A DNA stretch of 64,000 bases from Bryobacteraceae bacterium (GTDB lineage Bacteria > Acidobacteriota > Terriglobia > Bryobacterales > Bryobacteraceae): the NCBI GenBank assembly GCA_050015835.1, contig JBEKAQ010000005.1, forward strand, positions 12,013 through 76,012. Direction: 5' to 3'. A program made the translations under genes and the position numbers. Under the pieces are notes generated by a model that worked only from the letters and a program-made list of their open reading frames with translations, did no database searches and was not told where the DNA came from. Below, piece by piece: positions 17,323 through 27,350 of the stretch (positions are counted from its first letter, which is position 1; every line of letters starts with the position of its first letter).

Positions 17323-20196
17323 ATGTCATCATCTTCTATTTCATCGATTCGGTTGGCGGTGGTTTGGTTTGGAATCGCGGCGGCGGCGCTTGGGCAAAAC
17401 GCCGGCACCGTGCGTGGAACGGCTACCGATCCCTCGGCCGCCGTGGTCCCCGGCGTTACCGTCCAGGTTATGGGCAACGGCATCGCGCGCACCGCGAAGT
17501 CCGATGGACAGGGTAAATACACGATTACGCTTCCTCCGGGGACCTATTCTCTGCGCGCCGACGCCAAGGGCTTTGTCACCTTTATTTCGGCCGCCGTCAC
17601 GGTGACCGCCGGTTCGCCCGCCGTGGTCGACATCCCGCTGCAGATCGCCACCGAGGCCCAGCAGGTTTCGGTAGTCGACGAGGCCGCCGGGCAGCTCAGC
17701 ACCGAAGCCTCCGCCAACGTCGGCGCGCTGGTGCTCAAGAACTCCGATCTCGACGCGCTGCCCGACGATCCCGACGATCTGCAATCCGACCTCGAAGCCC
17801 TCGCCGGTCCCGCCGCCGGCCCCAGTGGAGCGCAATTCTTCGTCGACGGCTTCAGCGGCGGCCAGCTTCCGCCCAAGAGCTCGATTCGCGAGATCCGCAT
17901 CAACTCCAATCCGTTTTCGTCCGAGTTCGATCGCCCCGGCTTCGGACGCATCGAGATCTTTACCAAGCCCGGCACCGACAGCTATCACGGCAGCCTGTTC
18001 CTTAATTACGGGGACCGCATTTTCGATACGCGCAATCCGTTTCTCGCTACCGAGCCCGGCTATAACTCAAAGATGATCGGCGCCAATCTGAGCGGCCCCG
18101 TCAATAAAAAGGCTTCGTTTTTCCTTGATTTCAACCGGCGGCAGATCGACGAGGACGCATTGATCAACGCGCAGTGGGTGCCCCCCGGCAGCCTGACCGC
18201 GGTGCCGTACGACGGTGCGTTTCCCACGCCCAACCGCTTCTGGCTGATCGCTCCGCGCCTCGACTATCAGATCAATGCCACCAACACGCTGGTGCTCCGC
18301 TATACCCATATCGATTCGACCAACGTCGGCGGCGTGGGCGGTTTCAGCCTGCCCGCCGAAGCCACCAATTCGGCCATGAAGATCAACAACGTGCAGGCCA
18401 CCGAGACCATGATCATCGGCACGCGGGCCGTGGATGAGTCGCGCTTTCAGTACAACATCGCTCACAACAATCAGAATGCCGAGGGCAATCCCAATATCCC
18501 CGTCGTCAATGTTGCCGGCGCCTTCACTGACGGCGGCTCGCCTTTCGTGGCTAACTACAGCGATACCAAATCTTACGAATTTCAGAACATCCTGACTTTC
18601 ACCCAGGGGACCCACGCCATCAAGGTCGGCGGCCGCGCCCGTCAGACCGATCTGGCCAGCCAATCGACCAGCGACTTCAACGGCGCATGGACGTTTACGT
18701 CGCTCGCGGCCTATCTGGCGAACGAGCCCTCTCAGTTCACGGAAAGCAAGGGCGACCCGATCTCCTCCGTGCGCCAGTTCGACCTCGGCCTCTTCGTCCA
18801 GGACGATTGGCGTCTGCGTCCCAACCTCACCGTCAACACCGGTCTGCGCTACGAGACGCAGAACAATATTCGCGACCATAACGACTGGGCGCCGCGTCTG
18901 GCCTTCGCCTGGGCGCCCGGAGCGGGCAAAACCGGCTCGGGCAAAACCGTGATTCGCGCCGGCTGGGGCATGTTCTACGACCGCTTCGACGAAAACAATA
19001 CCCTGCAGGCTCTGCGTTTCAATGGGACCACGCAGGAAAATTACCAGCTCAACGCGTCTCCCCTGCTGCTGAGTTACCCCAATGTGCCGTTGCAATCGTC
19101 GCTCGCAATCGTGCCGCAGAATATCTACCAGGTGGATCGGTCCGTGCGCGCGCCGTACCTGATGCAATCGGCCGTGAGTCTCGAGCGCTCGCTGCCGGCC
19201 CGGAGCTCGCTCTCCGTGAATTTCGTCAATTCCCGCGGCGACCACACGCTGCGCACCCGCGACATCAACGCGCCGCTGCCGGGCACAGGCACGCTCCCCT
19301 ACCCCGCCAATGGTCCCATCTACCAATACGAGACCTCCGGGATCTTCAAACAGACGCAGCTGATTACCAACCTGAGCACCCGCTTCAGCTCCCGCTTCAC
19401 CCTGCAGGGCTATTACGCGCTCGGCTTCGCGCACAGCAACGCGCAAGGGCTTCCGATGGATCAATACAACACCAGTCTCGATTGGGGGCGCGCCCAGTTC
19501 GACGTCCGCAACCGCGCCTTCATCGGCGGCAACATCATTCTGAAATGGGGAATCAGCGCGGCGCCTTTCATCACCATGAGTTCCGGCTCGCCCTTCAATA
19601 TCACGACGGGCGGCACTTACGACGGCGACGGCATTTTCAACGCGCGTCCCTCTTTTGCCAGCGCCTCGTCGCTTCCGGCCAATGTTAAGAAGACGGCTTA
19701 CGGCACCTTCGATCTGGTGCCCGAACCCGGTGAGACCATCATTCCGGTCAATTACGGCGAGGGCCCTGCCCAGTATTCGGTAAACCTGCGCATCAGCCGG
19801 ACCTGGTCGTGGGGTGAAAAAGCCTCGCCCAACGGCATGCCCCCCGGGATGGGTGGACCCGGTGGGCCAGGTGGTGGAGGACCGCCTCCCGGTATGGGTG
19901 GTGGTGGGCGCGGCGGACCTCCCGGTGGTGGCGGCGGATTCGGTGGCGGCATGGGCGGCCCCGGCGGCCCCATGGGCATGGGAGGCGGTCAGGCGGGCAA
20001 AAAGTACAGCCTCACCGCCACCGTCAACGCGCGCAATATCTTCAACATCGTGAACCTCGCCCCGCCGCAGGGCGTCCTCACCTCGCCGTTCTTCGGCGAA
20101 TCGACCGCTCTGGCGAGTGGTTTCGGACCCTTCGGCGGTGGTGGGGGTGCAGCGGGCGTTCGCCGCATCGAACTGCAATTGCGCCTGTCGTTTTAA
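17323..20196 (+). CDS. TonB-dependent-receptor-like outer-membrane protein with an N-terminal carboxypeptidase-regulatory-like domain
   Basis: Signal peptide, CarboxypepD_reg block (GTVRGTATD...GKYTITLPPGTYSL), long beta-barrel pattern and a terminal LRLSF. A Gly/Pro low-complexity insert lies near the C-terminus. Confidence 0.8.
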   Translation: MSSSSISSIRLAVVWFGIAAAALGQNAGTVRGTATDPSAAVVPGVTVQVMGNGIARTAKSDGQGKYTITLPPGTYSLRADAKGFVTFISAAVTVTAGSPAVVDIPLQIATEAQQVSVVDEAAGQLSTEASANVGALVLKNSDLDALPDDPDDLQSDLEALAGPAAGPSGAQFFVDGFSGGQLPPKSSIREIRINSNPFSSEFDRPGFGRIEIFTKPGTDSYHGSLFLNYGDRIFDTRNPFLATEPGYNSKMIGANLSGPVNKKASFFLDFNRRQIDEDALINAQWVPPGSLTAVPYDGAFPTPNRFWLIAPRLDYQINATNTLVLRYTHIDSTNVGGVGGFSLPAEATNSAMKINNVQATETMIIGTRAVDESRFQYNIAHNNQNAEGNPNIPVVNVAGAFTDGGSPFVANYSDTKSYEFQNILTFTQGTHAIKVGGRARQTDLASQSTSDFNGAWTFTSLAAYLANEPSQFTESKGDPISSVRQFDLGLFVQDDWRLRPNLTVNTGLRYETQNNIRDHNDWAPRLAFAWAPGAGKTGSGKTVIRAGWGMFYDRFDENNTLQALRFNGTTQENYQLNASPLLLSYPNVPLQSSLAIVPQNIYQVDRSVRAPYLMQSAVSLERSLPARSSLSVNFVNSRGDHTLRTRDINAPLPGTGTLPYPANGPIYQYETSGIFKQTQLITNLSTRFSSRFTLQGYYALGFAHSNAQGLPMDQYNTSLDWGRAQFDVRNRAFIGGNIILKWGISAAPFITMSSGSPFNITTGGTYDGDGIFNARPSFASASSLPANVKKTAYGTFDLVPEPGETIIPVNYGEGPAQYSVNLRISRTWSWGEKASPNGMPPGMGGPGGPGGGGPPPGMGGGGRGGPPGGGGGFGGGMGGPGGPMGMGGGQAGKKYSLTATVNARNIFNIVNLAPPQGVLTSPFFGESTALASGFGPFGGGGGAAGVRRIELQLRLSF

Positions 20197-20204
20197 TGAG
20201 TGCT

Positions 20205-20966
20205 CTACTTGCCGACCCAGCCGCCGTCGGCGTAAAAGCTCTGGCCCGTGACGTAACTGGCTTCCTCGGAAGCCAGAAACGCCGCCACTTCGCCGATTTC
20301 CTTCGGCCTCCCGGCGCGCCCCAGCGAGATCTGCGCCAGTACGGCCGGAAGCAGCGTGGCGTCCTTCATGACCCACTCCACCATCTCGGTGTCGATCAAT
20401 CCGGGATGGATGCAATTGACCCGAATGCCCTGGTGTGTCACCTCGGCCGACATGTTGCGCGTCAATGCTTCGAGGCCCAGTTTGGCAGGCGCGTAGTGAG
20501 TGCGGCCCGGCAGCACCTTGCCCGCCTGGATGGAGCCGATATTCACGATGACGCCCTTTCGTCCCGCCGCGATCGCCCGCCGGCAAAACACCTGCGAGCA
20601 CAGCCACGCGCCCCTCAGATCCACGTCCGTGACCCGCGTCCACTGCTCGTCGGTCATTTCGAGAAAGGGAATGATGGTCTCGATCCCGGCGTTATTGACC
20701 AGCACATCGATGGGTCCGAATTCGTTCCAGACCCGGTCAAACATAGCCTCCACGTCGGCGCGCCGGGAAACATCGCCCCCTGCCGTCATGGCCCGTCGCC
20801 CACTGGCGCGAATCCCCTCCACCACGTGTTCCGCCTGCGCCCCCGTATCGACGTCGTTCACCACCACATCCGCGCCATGTGCGGCGAATATTTCCGCGAT
20901 GCCGCGGCCGATCCCCCGGCGCGCACCCGTCACCAGCGCAATTTTTCCCGCGAGTTTCATCTGCAT
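20205..20966 (-). CDS. SDR-family oxidoreductase
   Basis: Contains VTGARRGIGRGI (TGxxxGxG), NNAG and the catalytic YAPAKLG. The ATG overlaps the upstream stop (TAATG). Confidence 0.85.
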   Translation of the reverse strand: MQMKLAGKIALVTGARRGIGRGIAEIFAAHGADVVVNDVDTGAQAEHVVEGIRASGRRAMTAGGDVSRRADVEAMFDRVWNEFGPIDVLVNNAGIETIIPFLEMTDEQWTRVTDVDLRGAWLCSQVFCRRAIAAGRKGVIVNIGSIQAGKVLPGRTHYAPAKLGLEALTRNMSAEVTHQGIRVNCIHPGLIDTEMVEWVMKDATLLPAVLAQISLGRAGRPKEIGEVAAFLASEEASYVTGQSFYADGGWVGK

Positions 20967-21694
20967 TAGTTTTTCACGATCGCCACGGCCCGCACCGGCG
21001 CCGCCGACGCGCCTCGCCACTTCACCGGCAGTACGCTCACGGTGAACGAATGGTACGGCGCCGGAATCTCGTGCAGATTGCACAGATTTTCCAGATGATA
21101 ATACTCCCGCTCCCGCATCACCCGGTGCGCTTCCCAGAACTTTTTGCGCTCGAACATCTGCGCCACCGGCGGATCGAATCCGATGGCATCGATCCCCATC
21201 ACCATCACGCCCCGGTCCAGCATGTAATGCACGCCCTCTTTGGTCATCCCCGGATGATCGGTCAGATAACTCTTCTCCGTGCTCCGCCGCGCCGCGTCCG
21301 TGCGCAGCAGCACAATGTCGAGCGGCTTGATCCGGTAGCCGCCCAGCCTGCGCTCGGCCTCCTCCAGATCGCCCACCAGAATCTCCTCGCCCGGACCCTT
21401 CGCCGTCAGGTCGAGCACCACGCCGTCGCCATAACAAAGGTCGAGCGGAATCTTCTCCGCGCGCGGCGCGTCCGGCTTCACGTGGCCCCAGGAGTCCATA
21501 TGGGTTCCGATATGATCGCCCGTCACCACGATGCAGTGGTTGCAGATCTCGTCGACTCCGTACTTATCGGTGCCCACGCTGATCGCCATCTCCCGCTGCG
21601 TTTCCATATCCGTGATCACCGGCTTGGCCACGTTGGGATAGGTCATCATCCCTTTGTAGACTTCCATGCTCAGATCGATTAATCGAACGCCCAT
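20966..21694 (-). CDS. putative cyclase / kynurenine-formamidase-like family protein
   Basis: HxGTHxD-type motif GDHIGTHMDSWGH. A GGGGGA Shine-Dalgarno precedes ATG 21694. Confidence 0.7.
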   Translation of the reverse strand: MGVRLIDLSMEVYKGMMTYPNVAKPVITDMETQREMAISVGTDKYGVDEICNHCIVVTGDHIGTHMDSWGHVKPDAPRAEKIPLDLCYGDGVVLDLTAKGPGEEILVGDLEEAERRLGGYRIKPLDIVLLRTDAARRSTEKSYLTDHPGMTKEGVHYMLDRGVMVMGIDAIGFDPPVAQMFERKKFWEAHRVMREREYYHLENLCNLHEIPAPYHSFTVSVLPVKWRGASAAPVRAVAIVKN

Positions 21695-21805
21695 CTGTCC
21701 CCCGAAACAAACGATATCATTTTGCGCCATCCGGGCCGCCTGCCGCCCTGATATTATGCGAACGGCGCGGCAGTATTTGTGCGCCGGGTTTCGAGGGAGG
21801 CAATC

Positions 21806-23767
21806 GTGAAAGTTGTTGGATCTTTAATCGCAGCGCTGATTGTTTTTATCGCCGCGGGAATTGTCGCCGCGCAGCAGCCGCCCACGCCGCCCGGCCAGAT
21901 GCGCGTGACCGAAGGCGCCGGCTCGACCATTTTCGGCAACACCTGCGAGAGTTGCCATGGCAATCCCAAGGTGGATAGCGCGCCCTCGCCAGCCACCCTC
22001 AAGCAGATGTCCCCCGAAAAAATCTACGAGGCGCTGACCACCGGAACCATGGTGGCGAATGCGAAAGACCTCTCCGATCAGCAGAAGCGCGATATCGCCG
22101 AGTGGGTCGGTGGGCGCAAATTAAACGCCGCCGGCGGCGACGCGCAAAACATGCCCAATCGCTGCGCCGACAATCCTCCCGTCAAGGATCTGACTTCCGC
22201 GCCCGCATGGAACGGCTGGAGCGATATCAACAACACCCGTTTTCAACCGGGCAAAGCGGCCGGATTATCGGCTGCTTCCGTCGAGCGGCTCAAGCTGAAA
22301 TGGGCGTTCGGCATCCCCGCCGCCGCTTCCGTTTACGGCCAGCCTACGGTGGTGGATGGAAGAGTCTTTTTCAGCTCCGACACTGGCTGGGTCTACGGTC
22401 TCGACGCCGGCACCGGCTGCGTCCACTGGTCTTTCCAGGCGCAGACCGGCGTGCGCAGCGCCATTCAGATCGGCCTCGCCAAGCCCGGAACGCAGAAATA
22501 CGCCGCCTACTTCGGCGACATCCACGGCAATGTCTACGCGGTCGACGCCGCCAACGGCGAGCTCCTCTGGAAGCACCTCGTCGATCCCCACCCGCTCTCC
22601 CGCATCACCGGCGGCGTGCGGTTTTATAACGGCCGGATCTATGTGCCGGTGGCCTCGCTCGAAGAGCCGGAATCGTCGAGCTACAACTACAAGTGCTGCA
22701 CGTTCCGCGGCATGGTGGCGGCCCTGAACGCCGAAACCGGCAAGCAGATCTGGAAGACCTACACCATCGACCAGCCCGCTACGGAGCAAAAGACTCCCGA
22801 CGGCAAGACTTTTCTGGGACCCTCGGGCGCAGGCGTGTGGAGCCCCACCGCCATCGATCCCAAACGTAACGCGCTTTACTTCACTACCGGCAACACGTTT
22901 TCGGCGCCCGACGTGGGCCGTTCGGACGGTGTGATGGCCCTCGATATGGACACCGGCAAAATTCTCTGGGTGCAGCAGGACGAGCAGCATGACGTTTGGC
23001 ATACCGGCTGTCAATCGGGTCGTCCTCCCGCCGGATTCCCCACCAAGAACCCTGTCATCACCCCCGGTATCGCTAACGGAAACGCTCCGGGACGCGGTGG
23101 TGCTGCCGCATTTGCCGCCGGGCGCGGCGGGCGCGGTGGCGGGGGTGGGCGCGCGCAGATGCCCGACACCTACTATTGCCCCACTGAAACCGAGAATCCG
23201 GATTGGGATTTCTCCGCCGGGACGATTCTGGTCAACCTGCCGAATGGCAAGCGGCTGCTGCTCGCGGGCCAGAAATCCGGCCTCGTCTGGGCGCACGATC
23301 CCGACAACAAGGGTGCGCTGGTCTGGAGATCCGACGTATCGCGCGGCCAGATTGTGTTCGGCGGCGCGGCCGACAGCGAGAACGCCTACTATGTATTCCG
23401 CGGCGGCGGCGTGGCTGCTCTCGGATTGACCGATGGCGTGGAGAAATGGTTCCGCGCCCTCCCGCCGCAGCCCTCCATGAGCATTCATCCCGGCCTGACC
23501 GCCGGCGTGACTGTCATCCCCGGAGTGGTTTTCACCGCCGGCCTCGATGGCATGGTGCGCGCCTTTTATTCCAACAGCGGACAGCCCATCTGGGAATTCG
23601 ACTCCACCCAGGAATTCAAGACCGTGAACGGCGTCCCCGGCAAAGGCGGTTCCATCGGATCGGCCGGCGTCACCGTGGCCGGAGGCATGGTCTTCGTGCC
23701 TTCCGGATACACCGGATTCCAAAACGGCCAGCCTGGCAACGTGCTGCTGGCCCTGGCCCCCCAATGA
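21806..23767 (+). CDS. cytochrome-c domain fused to a PQQ-like beta-propeller repeat protein
   Basis: GAGGGAGG Shine-Dalgarno before GTG 21806, signal/TM segment and CESCH haem motif. These are followed by repeated G.VYA.DA..G..LW propeller blades. Confidence 0.75.
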   Translation: MKVVGSLIAALIVFIAAGIVAAQQPPTPPGQMRVTEGAGSTIFGNTCESCHGNPKVDSAPSPATLKQMSPEKIYEALTTGTMVANAKDLSDQQKRDIAEWVGGRKLNAAGGDAQNMPNRCADNPPVKDLTSAPAWNGWSDINNTRFQPGKAAGLSAASVERLKLKWAFGIPAAASVYGQPTVVDGRVFFSSDTGWVYGLDAGTGCVHWSFQAQTGVRSAIQIGLAKPGTQKYAAYFGDIHGNVYAVDAANGELLWKHLVDPHPLSRITGGVRFYNGRIYVPVASLEEPESSSYNYKCCTFRGMVAALNAETGKQIWKTYTIDQPATEQKTPDGKTFLGPSGAGVWSPTAIDPKRNALYFTTGNTFSAPDVGRSDGVMALDMDTGKILWVQQDEQHDVWHTGCQSGRPPAGFPTKNPVITPGIANGNAPGRGGAAAFAAGRGGRGGGGGRAQMPDTYYCPTETENPDWDFSAGTILVNLPNGKRLLLAGQKSGLVWAHDPDNKGALVWRSDVSRGQIVFGGAADSENAYYVFRGGGVAALGLTDGVEKWFRALPPQPSMSIHPGLTAGVTVIPGVVFTAGLDGMVRAFYSNSGQPIWEFDSTQEFKTVNGVPGKGGSIGSAGVTVAGGMVFVPSGYTGFQNGQPGNVLLALAPQ

Positions 23768-25566
23768 CCCTGTTACCGAACCGCGACCCGGGCATCCCCT
23801 TCAGGGGTGCCGGCCGTAAGGGAGTGGCGCACCCGCCTCGATTACGAACAAGAACCGCCATCTTCGCCCTCACACTTGCCGTCTTTCCCATAATCGGTCA
23901 AACCCCGCCCAACCAGGGCCGGGGCCGCGGAGGAGGCGGAGCCGTTCCTAATGCCGCGCCCAACGCCGGACGAGGAGTCGCCTCGGTGCGCTGGGAAGCC
24001 TGGTCCGCCATGCGATCCGCCGTCACCGCTATCGTCGGCTGGAAGATCGGTGTCGAGGCCGATAGCTTCCGCCCCCTTAACTTCTGGGACGCCGGCGCGA
24101 AAATCGATCTGCTGGGCGTCGGCTACCTCGAAGGCGCGAGTACCCAGCAATTCGACGAAGAAATCCCCAAGCCCGTGGGCGACAATCTGGCCCCCGGTGA
24201 AATTAACGCGGTCCGCGACCGCCTCAACGCGCTCAGCCTCGCCATGACCGCCTACCGGGTCCCCACCCTCGGCCCTGCTGAGGATGCCGCGCGCCATTTA
24301 TTCGAATTCGCCAAAAGCCTCGGCGTCGAAACTATCGTCTCGGATAAGCTGCCCGACGCGCTGCCGCAAATCGATAAGCTGGCCGGCGAATTCGCCATCA
24401 ACGTAGCGATTTGCGGCAATCCCAAAACCGTGCTCGCGGCGGTGGAAAATCTCAGCCCGCGCATGGGCGTCTGCGGCGATACGGGGGCATGGACGAAGGC
24501 CGGCATCAAGCCCGTCGATGCGCTCACGCAACTGAAAGCGCGTCTCCTCGTGGTCCACATTGCGCCCGCCACGCCCGGCCTTACCGACCTCCTGCGCCAG
24601 ATGTACACGCTCGATCTGAAGCCGTCCCTCATCACGGTGAACGGCACGCAGGCGGCGTTCGATGAATTCGAAAAGGCTCTGCGGCCCGTGCTGGCCGACA
24701 AGGTAGACCAGATGTCGCGCGTTGCCGCCATCCGCGGTCCCGACCGCCTCACGCCGGAAGTCAAGGCCCAGATCGATGCCGCCCTCCCTGCCAAAGCCGT
24801 CGCCGCGCCGAAAAAGCCGCGCAAGCTGCTGGTGCTCGATTTGAACGTCGCCTACAACGGGCATCTATCCATCCCCGCCGAAAATTACGCGCTGGAGCAG
24901 ATGGGCAAGCGCACCGGCGCGTACGAAGCCGTCTTCAACAACGATCTGGATAATCTCAAATACGATAAGATCCGCCAGTTCGACGCCGTCTATCTCAACA
25001 ACACTGTGGGGATGATTTTCGTCGATCCCGAAGTGCGCGACGGCCTGCTGCGTTTCGTGCGCGAAGGCGGCGGCCTCGGCGGCAACCACGGCACCAGCCA
25101 CGTATCGATGGATTGGCCCGAGTTCCACGACATGATCGGCGTGGTGCGCGGCATCCATCGCGAGAACACTGAGAAGGCCTGGATCAAAATCGACGATCCC
25201 TCGAGCCCGCTCACGGTGCCCTTCGACGGCAAAGAGTTTCTCTACATGGATGAGTTTTTCCGCTTCCCGACCGCGCCCTACTCGCGGGAGAAGCTGCATG
25301 TGCTGCTCAGTATGGATGTGCAGAAGACGGATATGAATCAGGGGCGCCCCTGCCAGTGGCCCTGCGTGCGCCCGGATCACGATTACGCCGTAAGCTGGAT
25401 TCGCAGCTACGGCAAAGGCCGCGTCTTCTTCGCCATCCTGGGACACCAGCCGACCATCTTCACCACTCCGCCGCTGGCCGATTACTTCTTCCGCGGCATT
25501 CAGTTCATCCTCGGCGACCTCAATGCCGACACCACGCCCAGCGCCAAACTCTCGGCCGCGCGCTGA
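23764..25566 (+). CDS. xylose-isomerase-like TIM-barrel domain fused to a ThuA-like domain
   Basis: The C-terminal half matches the ThuA pattern (KLLVLDLNVAYNGH..., FVREGGGLGGNHG, WIRSYGKGRVFF). The N-terminal half resembles sugar-phosphate isomerase/epimerase. The start is ambiguous: ATG 23764 overlaps the upstream stop, whereas GTG 23824 gives a cleaner signal peptide and avoids a REP-like remnant. Confidence 0.65.
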   Translation: MTLLPNRDPGIPFRGAGRKGVAHPPRLRTRTAIFALTLAVFPIIGQTPPNQGRGRGGGGAVPNAAPNAGRGVASVRWEAWSAMRSAVTAIVGWKIGVEADSFRPLNFWDAGAKIDLLGVGYLEGASTQQFDEEIPKPVGDNLAPGEINAVRDRLNALSLAMTAYRVPTLGPAEDAARHLFEFAKSLGVETIVSDKLPDALPQIDKLAGEFAINVAICGNPKTVLAAVENLSPRMGVCGDTGAWTKAGIKPVDALTQLKARLLVVHIAPATPGLTDLLRQMYTLDLKPSLITVNGTQAAFDEFEKALRPVLADKVDQMSRVAAIRGPDRLTPEVKAQIDAALPAKAVAAPKKPRKLLVLDLNVAYNGHLSIPAENYALEQMGKRTGAYEAVFNNDLDNLKYDKIRQFDAVYLNNTVGMIFVDPEVRDGLLRFVREGGGLGGNHGTSHVSMDWPEFHDMIGVVRGIHRENTEKAWIKIDDPSSPLTVPFDGKEFLYMDEFFRFPTAPYSREKLHVLLSMDVQKTDMNQGRPCQWPCVRPDHDYAVSWIRSYGKGRVFFAILGHQPTIFTTPPLADYFFRGIQFILGDLNADTTPSAKLSAAR

Positions 25567-25571
25567 AATGC

Positions 25572-27350
25572 TCAGGTACCAAAAAGCCGCAGGATAAATC
25601 CGGAGAGAGTCCTGAGCGACTGCGGGCCGGGCGGGGGCGTATGCGCGGTAAACAGCACGCCGGGCACGTCGGCCGCGTTGATGCAGTGATCGGCGATCCA
25701 CGCATCGGTGTTGGTCTCGAAAACCTCGTCCGGGACTTCGCCCAGGCCCGTTTCCCAGGACGCGCGATAACCGGGTGCGTAGCCGACAATCAGATCCGGC
25801 GCGACGCTGCGATTGGCCGGCGCCGCGTGAATCTCCGCGACCGCCTCCACCACCGCGCGCCCATTTTCCGGGTCGCGCAGGCTTAAAAGTTCACGCTTCA
25901 GATCCTCGTGATCGGCGCCCGTGAGATAGAGAGAATTCAGCCCCATCGCGTACGCCTTCGTGCGCGGCCAATCGATGTTGCGCGCACTGTCCACGCTCAG
26001 CAGTCCCTGCCCCAACAGCCACGTATTCAGGTTCACGGCGCGGTCGAAAGTGCTGAACCCGTGATCGGACATCACCATCAACTGAGCCGCTGGTTCGCGC
26101 CGCATCACTTCTCCAATGGATGCGTCGACAGCGCGGTAGAACTCAAGCAGCTCCGCATCGTGCTTGCCCCAAAGCATGTGCGAATTCTGATCCACGGACG
26201 AAAAATAGAAGAATAGAAAGCCGCCGCTGAATCGATCCAGCGCCGCGCCCAGCAACTTCTGCTCATCGCGCAACACCAGCCTCGATTGCGCCAGAAACTG
26301 CGGCAGATCAAAAAAACCCTGGCGCAGCGCGGACGTGTCTTCCGCAATACCGACCGTGTAGAAGCGCCCCACTTCGCGCGCCAGATCGGGCGCGAGCGAA
26401 GCCGGCGTCGATATCGGCAGCGCCGGCTTCAGCGGATCGATATTGACCGGCGATACATACAACTCGAAACGCGGATGCAGCTGCTTCGCAAACACGCGAA
26501 ACATGCCGTGCGCCGAAACCACGTGCGGAAGCAGAGGAAAATCGGCGGCCAGCCAATCCGACCACTCTCCCTGCTGCACAATGGCCATCTCATCGCCCAC
26601 CTGCAGCCGCGCAACAGGCCGCTCGGGATCGATATCCACCGCCAGCGTTACAGTCGCATACGCATGGTCCCTGCGCAGCGGATTGGGTGGACCTTCAATC
26701 CGCAAATCAACGTGACTGTTGACAAGCTCCACCTTATCGATCAAACCGCCTGCCACGGCGTGCGACGTCTCATCGGGATTGTCGGTGTAGAAGCTGAACG
26801 TGCTCTGCGTGCCGCGCAGATCGGGCGTCTCCATGCCGGCCAGCTCGTTGCCAACCGCGGCGGGCGGATAGTTCGCGGGCATGCGCATCACCGTCACCGG
26901 AATGCCGTGCTCCGCCAGCGTCGCCCAAAACGGTTTACCTTTGCGCAGCGACTCCACATGCGAACGCGAGAGCGGCAATACATAGGGGCCCAGCGAAAAA
27001 CTGAAGCGCGGTGGAACCGTCTTGTCGGTCGAAAGATACAGTTCATGCGTGGCAGGGTCGCGATGCACGAAATCGAAGATGCCATGTTCGGCGGGGTCGA
27101 GGCCCGTGATGAACGTCGACCAGGCCACCGGACTCTGCGGCGGCTTAGTAGTGGCGAGCCGCGCGAAGCTGCCTTCATGGCGCATGCGGTCGAGATTCGG
27201 CAAATCGGCCCAGTGGCGCTCAACGAAACCCGGGTCCATGCCGTCCACGCCGACGACGATCACGTTCTTGTCGCTACGCGATCCGCAACCCACCATCATC
27301 GCCGCTAACAAAATGTGGGACAGGCGCTTCCGCCTGTCCTTCTCAGACAA
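25572..27350 (-). CDS. alkaline-phosphatase-superfamily protein (nucleotide pyrophosphatase/phosphodiesterase type), lipoprotein-like
   Basis: VVGVDGMDPG metal/nucleophile region, SPVAWSTFITG, and MSDHGF near the C-terminus. The N-terminus has a lipobox-like MVGC. Confidence 0.75.
   Translation of the reverse strand: MSEKDRRKRLSHILLAAMMVGCGSRSDKNVIVVGVDGMDPGFVERHWADLPNLDRMRHEGSFARLATTKPPQSPVAWSTFITGLDPAEHGIFDFVHRDPATHELYLSTDKTVPPRFSFSLGPYVLPLSRSHVESLRKGKPFWATLAEHGIPVTVMRMPANYPPAAVGNELAGMETPDLRGTQSTFSFYTDNPDETSHAVAGGLIDKVELVNSHVDLRIEGPPNPLRRDHAYATVTLAVDIDPERPVARLQVGDEMAIVQQGEWSDWLAADFPLLPHVVSAHGMFRVFAKQLHPRFELYVSPVNIDPLKPALPISTPASLAPDLAREVGRFYTVGIAEDTSALRQGFFDLPQFLAQSRLVLRDEQKLLGAALDRFSGGFLFFYFSSVDQNSHMLWGKHDAELLEFYRAVDASIGEVMRREPAAQLMVMSDHGFSTFDRAVNLNTWLLGQGLLSVDSARNIDWPRTKAYAMGLNSLYLTGADHEDLKRELLSLRDPENGRAVVEAVAEIHAAPANRSVAPDLIVGYAPGYRASWETGLGEVPDEVFETNTDAWIADHCINAADVPGVLFTAHTPPPGPQSLRTLSGFILRLFGT
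27318..27339. repeat. GGACAGGCG-CTTC-CGCCTGTCC hairpin (a second copy lies at 50620)
   Basis: Perfect 9-bp stem with a CTTC loop. It lies at the junction of the two paralogous phosphodiesterase genes. Confidence 0.6.

Noticed and set aside
19752-19979. A 75-aa Pro-rich antisense ORF.
   Set aside because: It is the mirror image of the Gly-rich low-complexity insert in the sense gene, with no independent coding evidence.
18067-20643. An 858-aa ORF antisense to the TonB-dependent-like gene. Similar long antisense ORFs occur at 4490-5803, 12037-13128, 22265-23764, 26286-27308, 34924-36429 and 43285-44544.
   Set aside because: All are Arg/Gly/Ala/His-rich, have no recognisable motifs, and lie opposite genes with clear family signatures. 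They are typical shadow ORFs of high-GC DNA.
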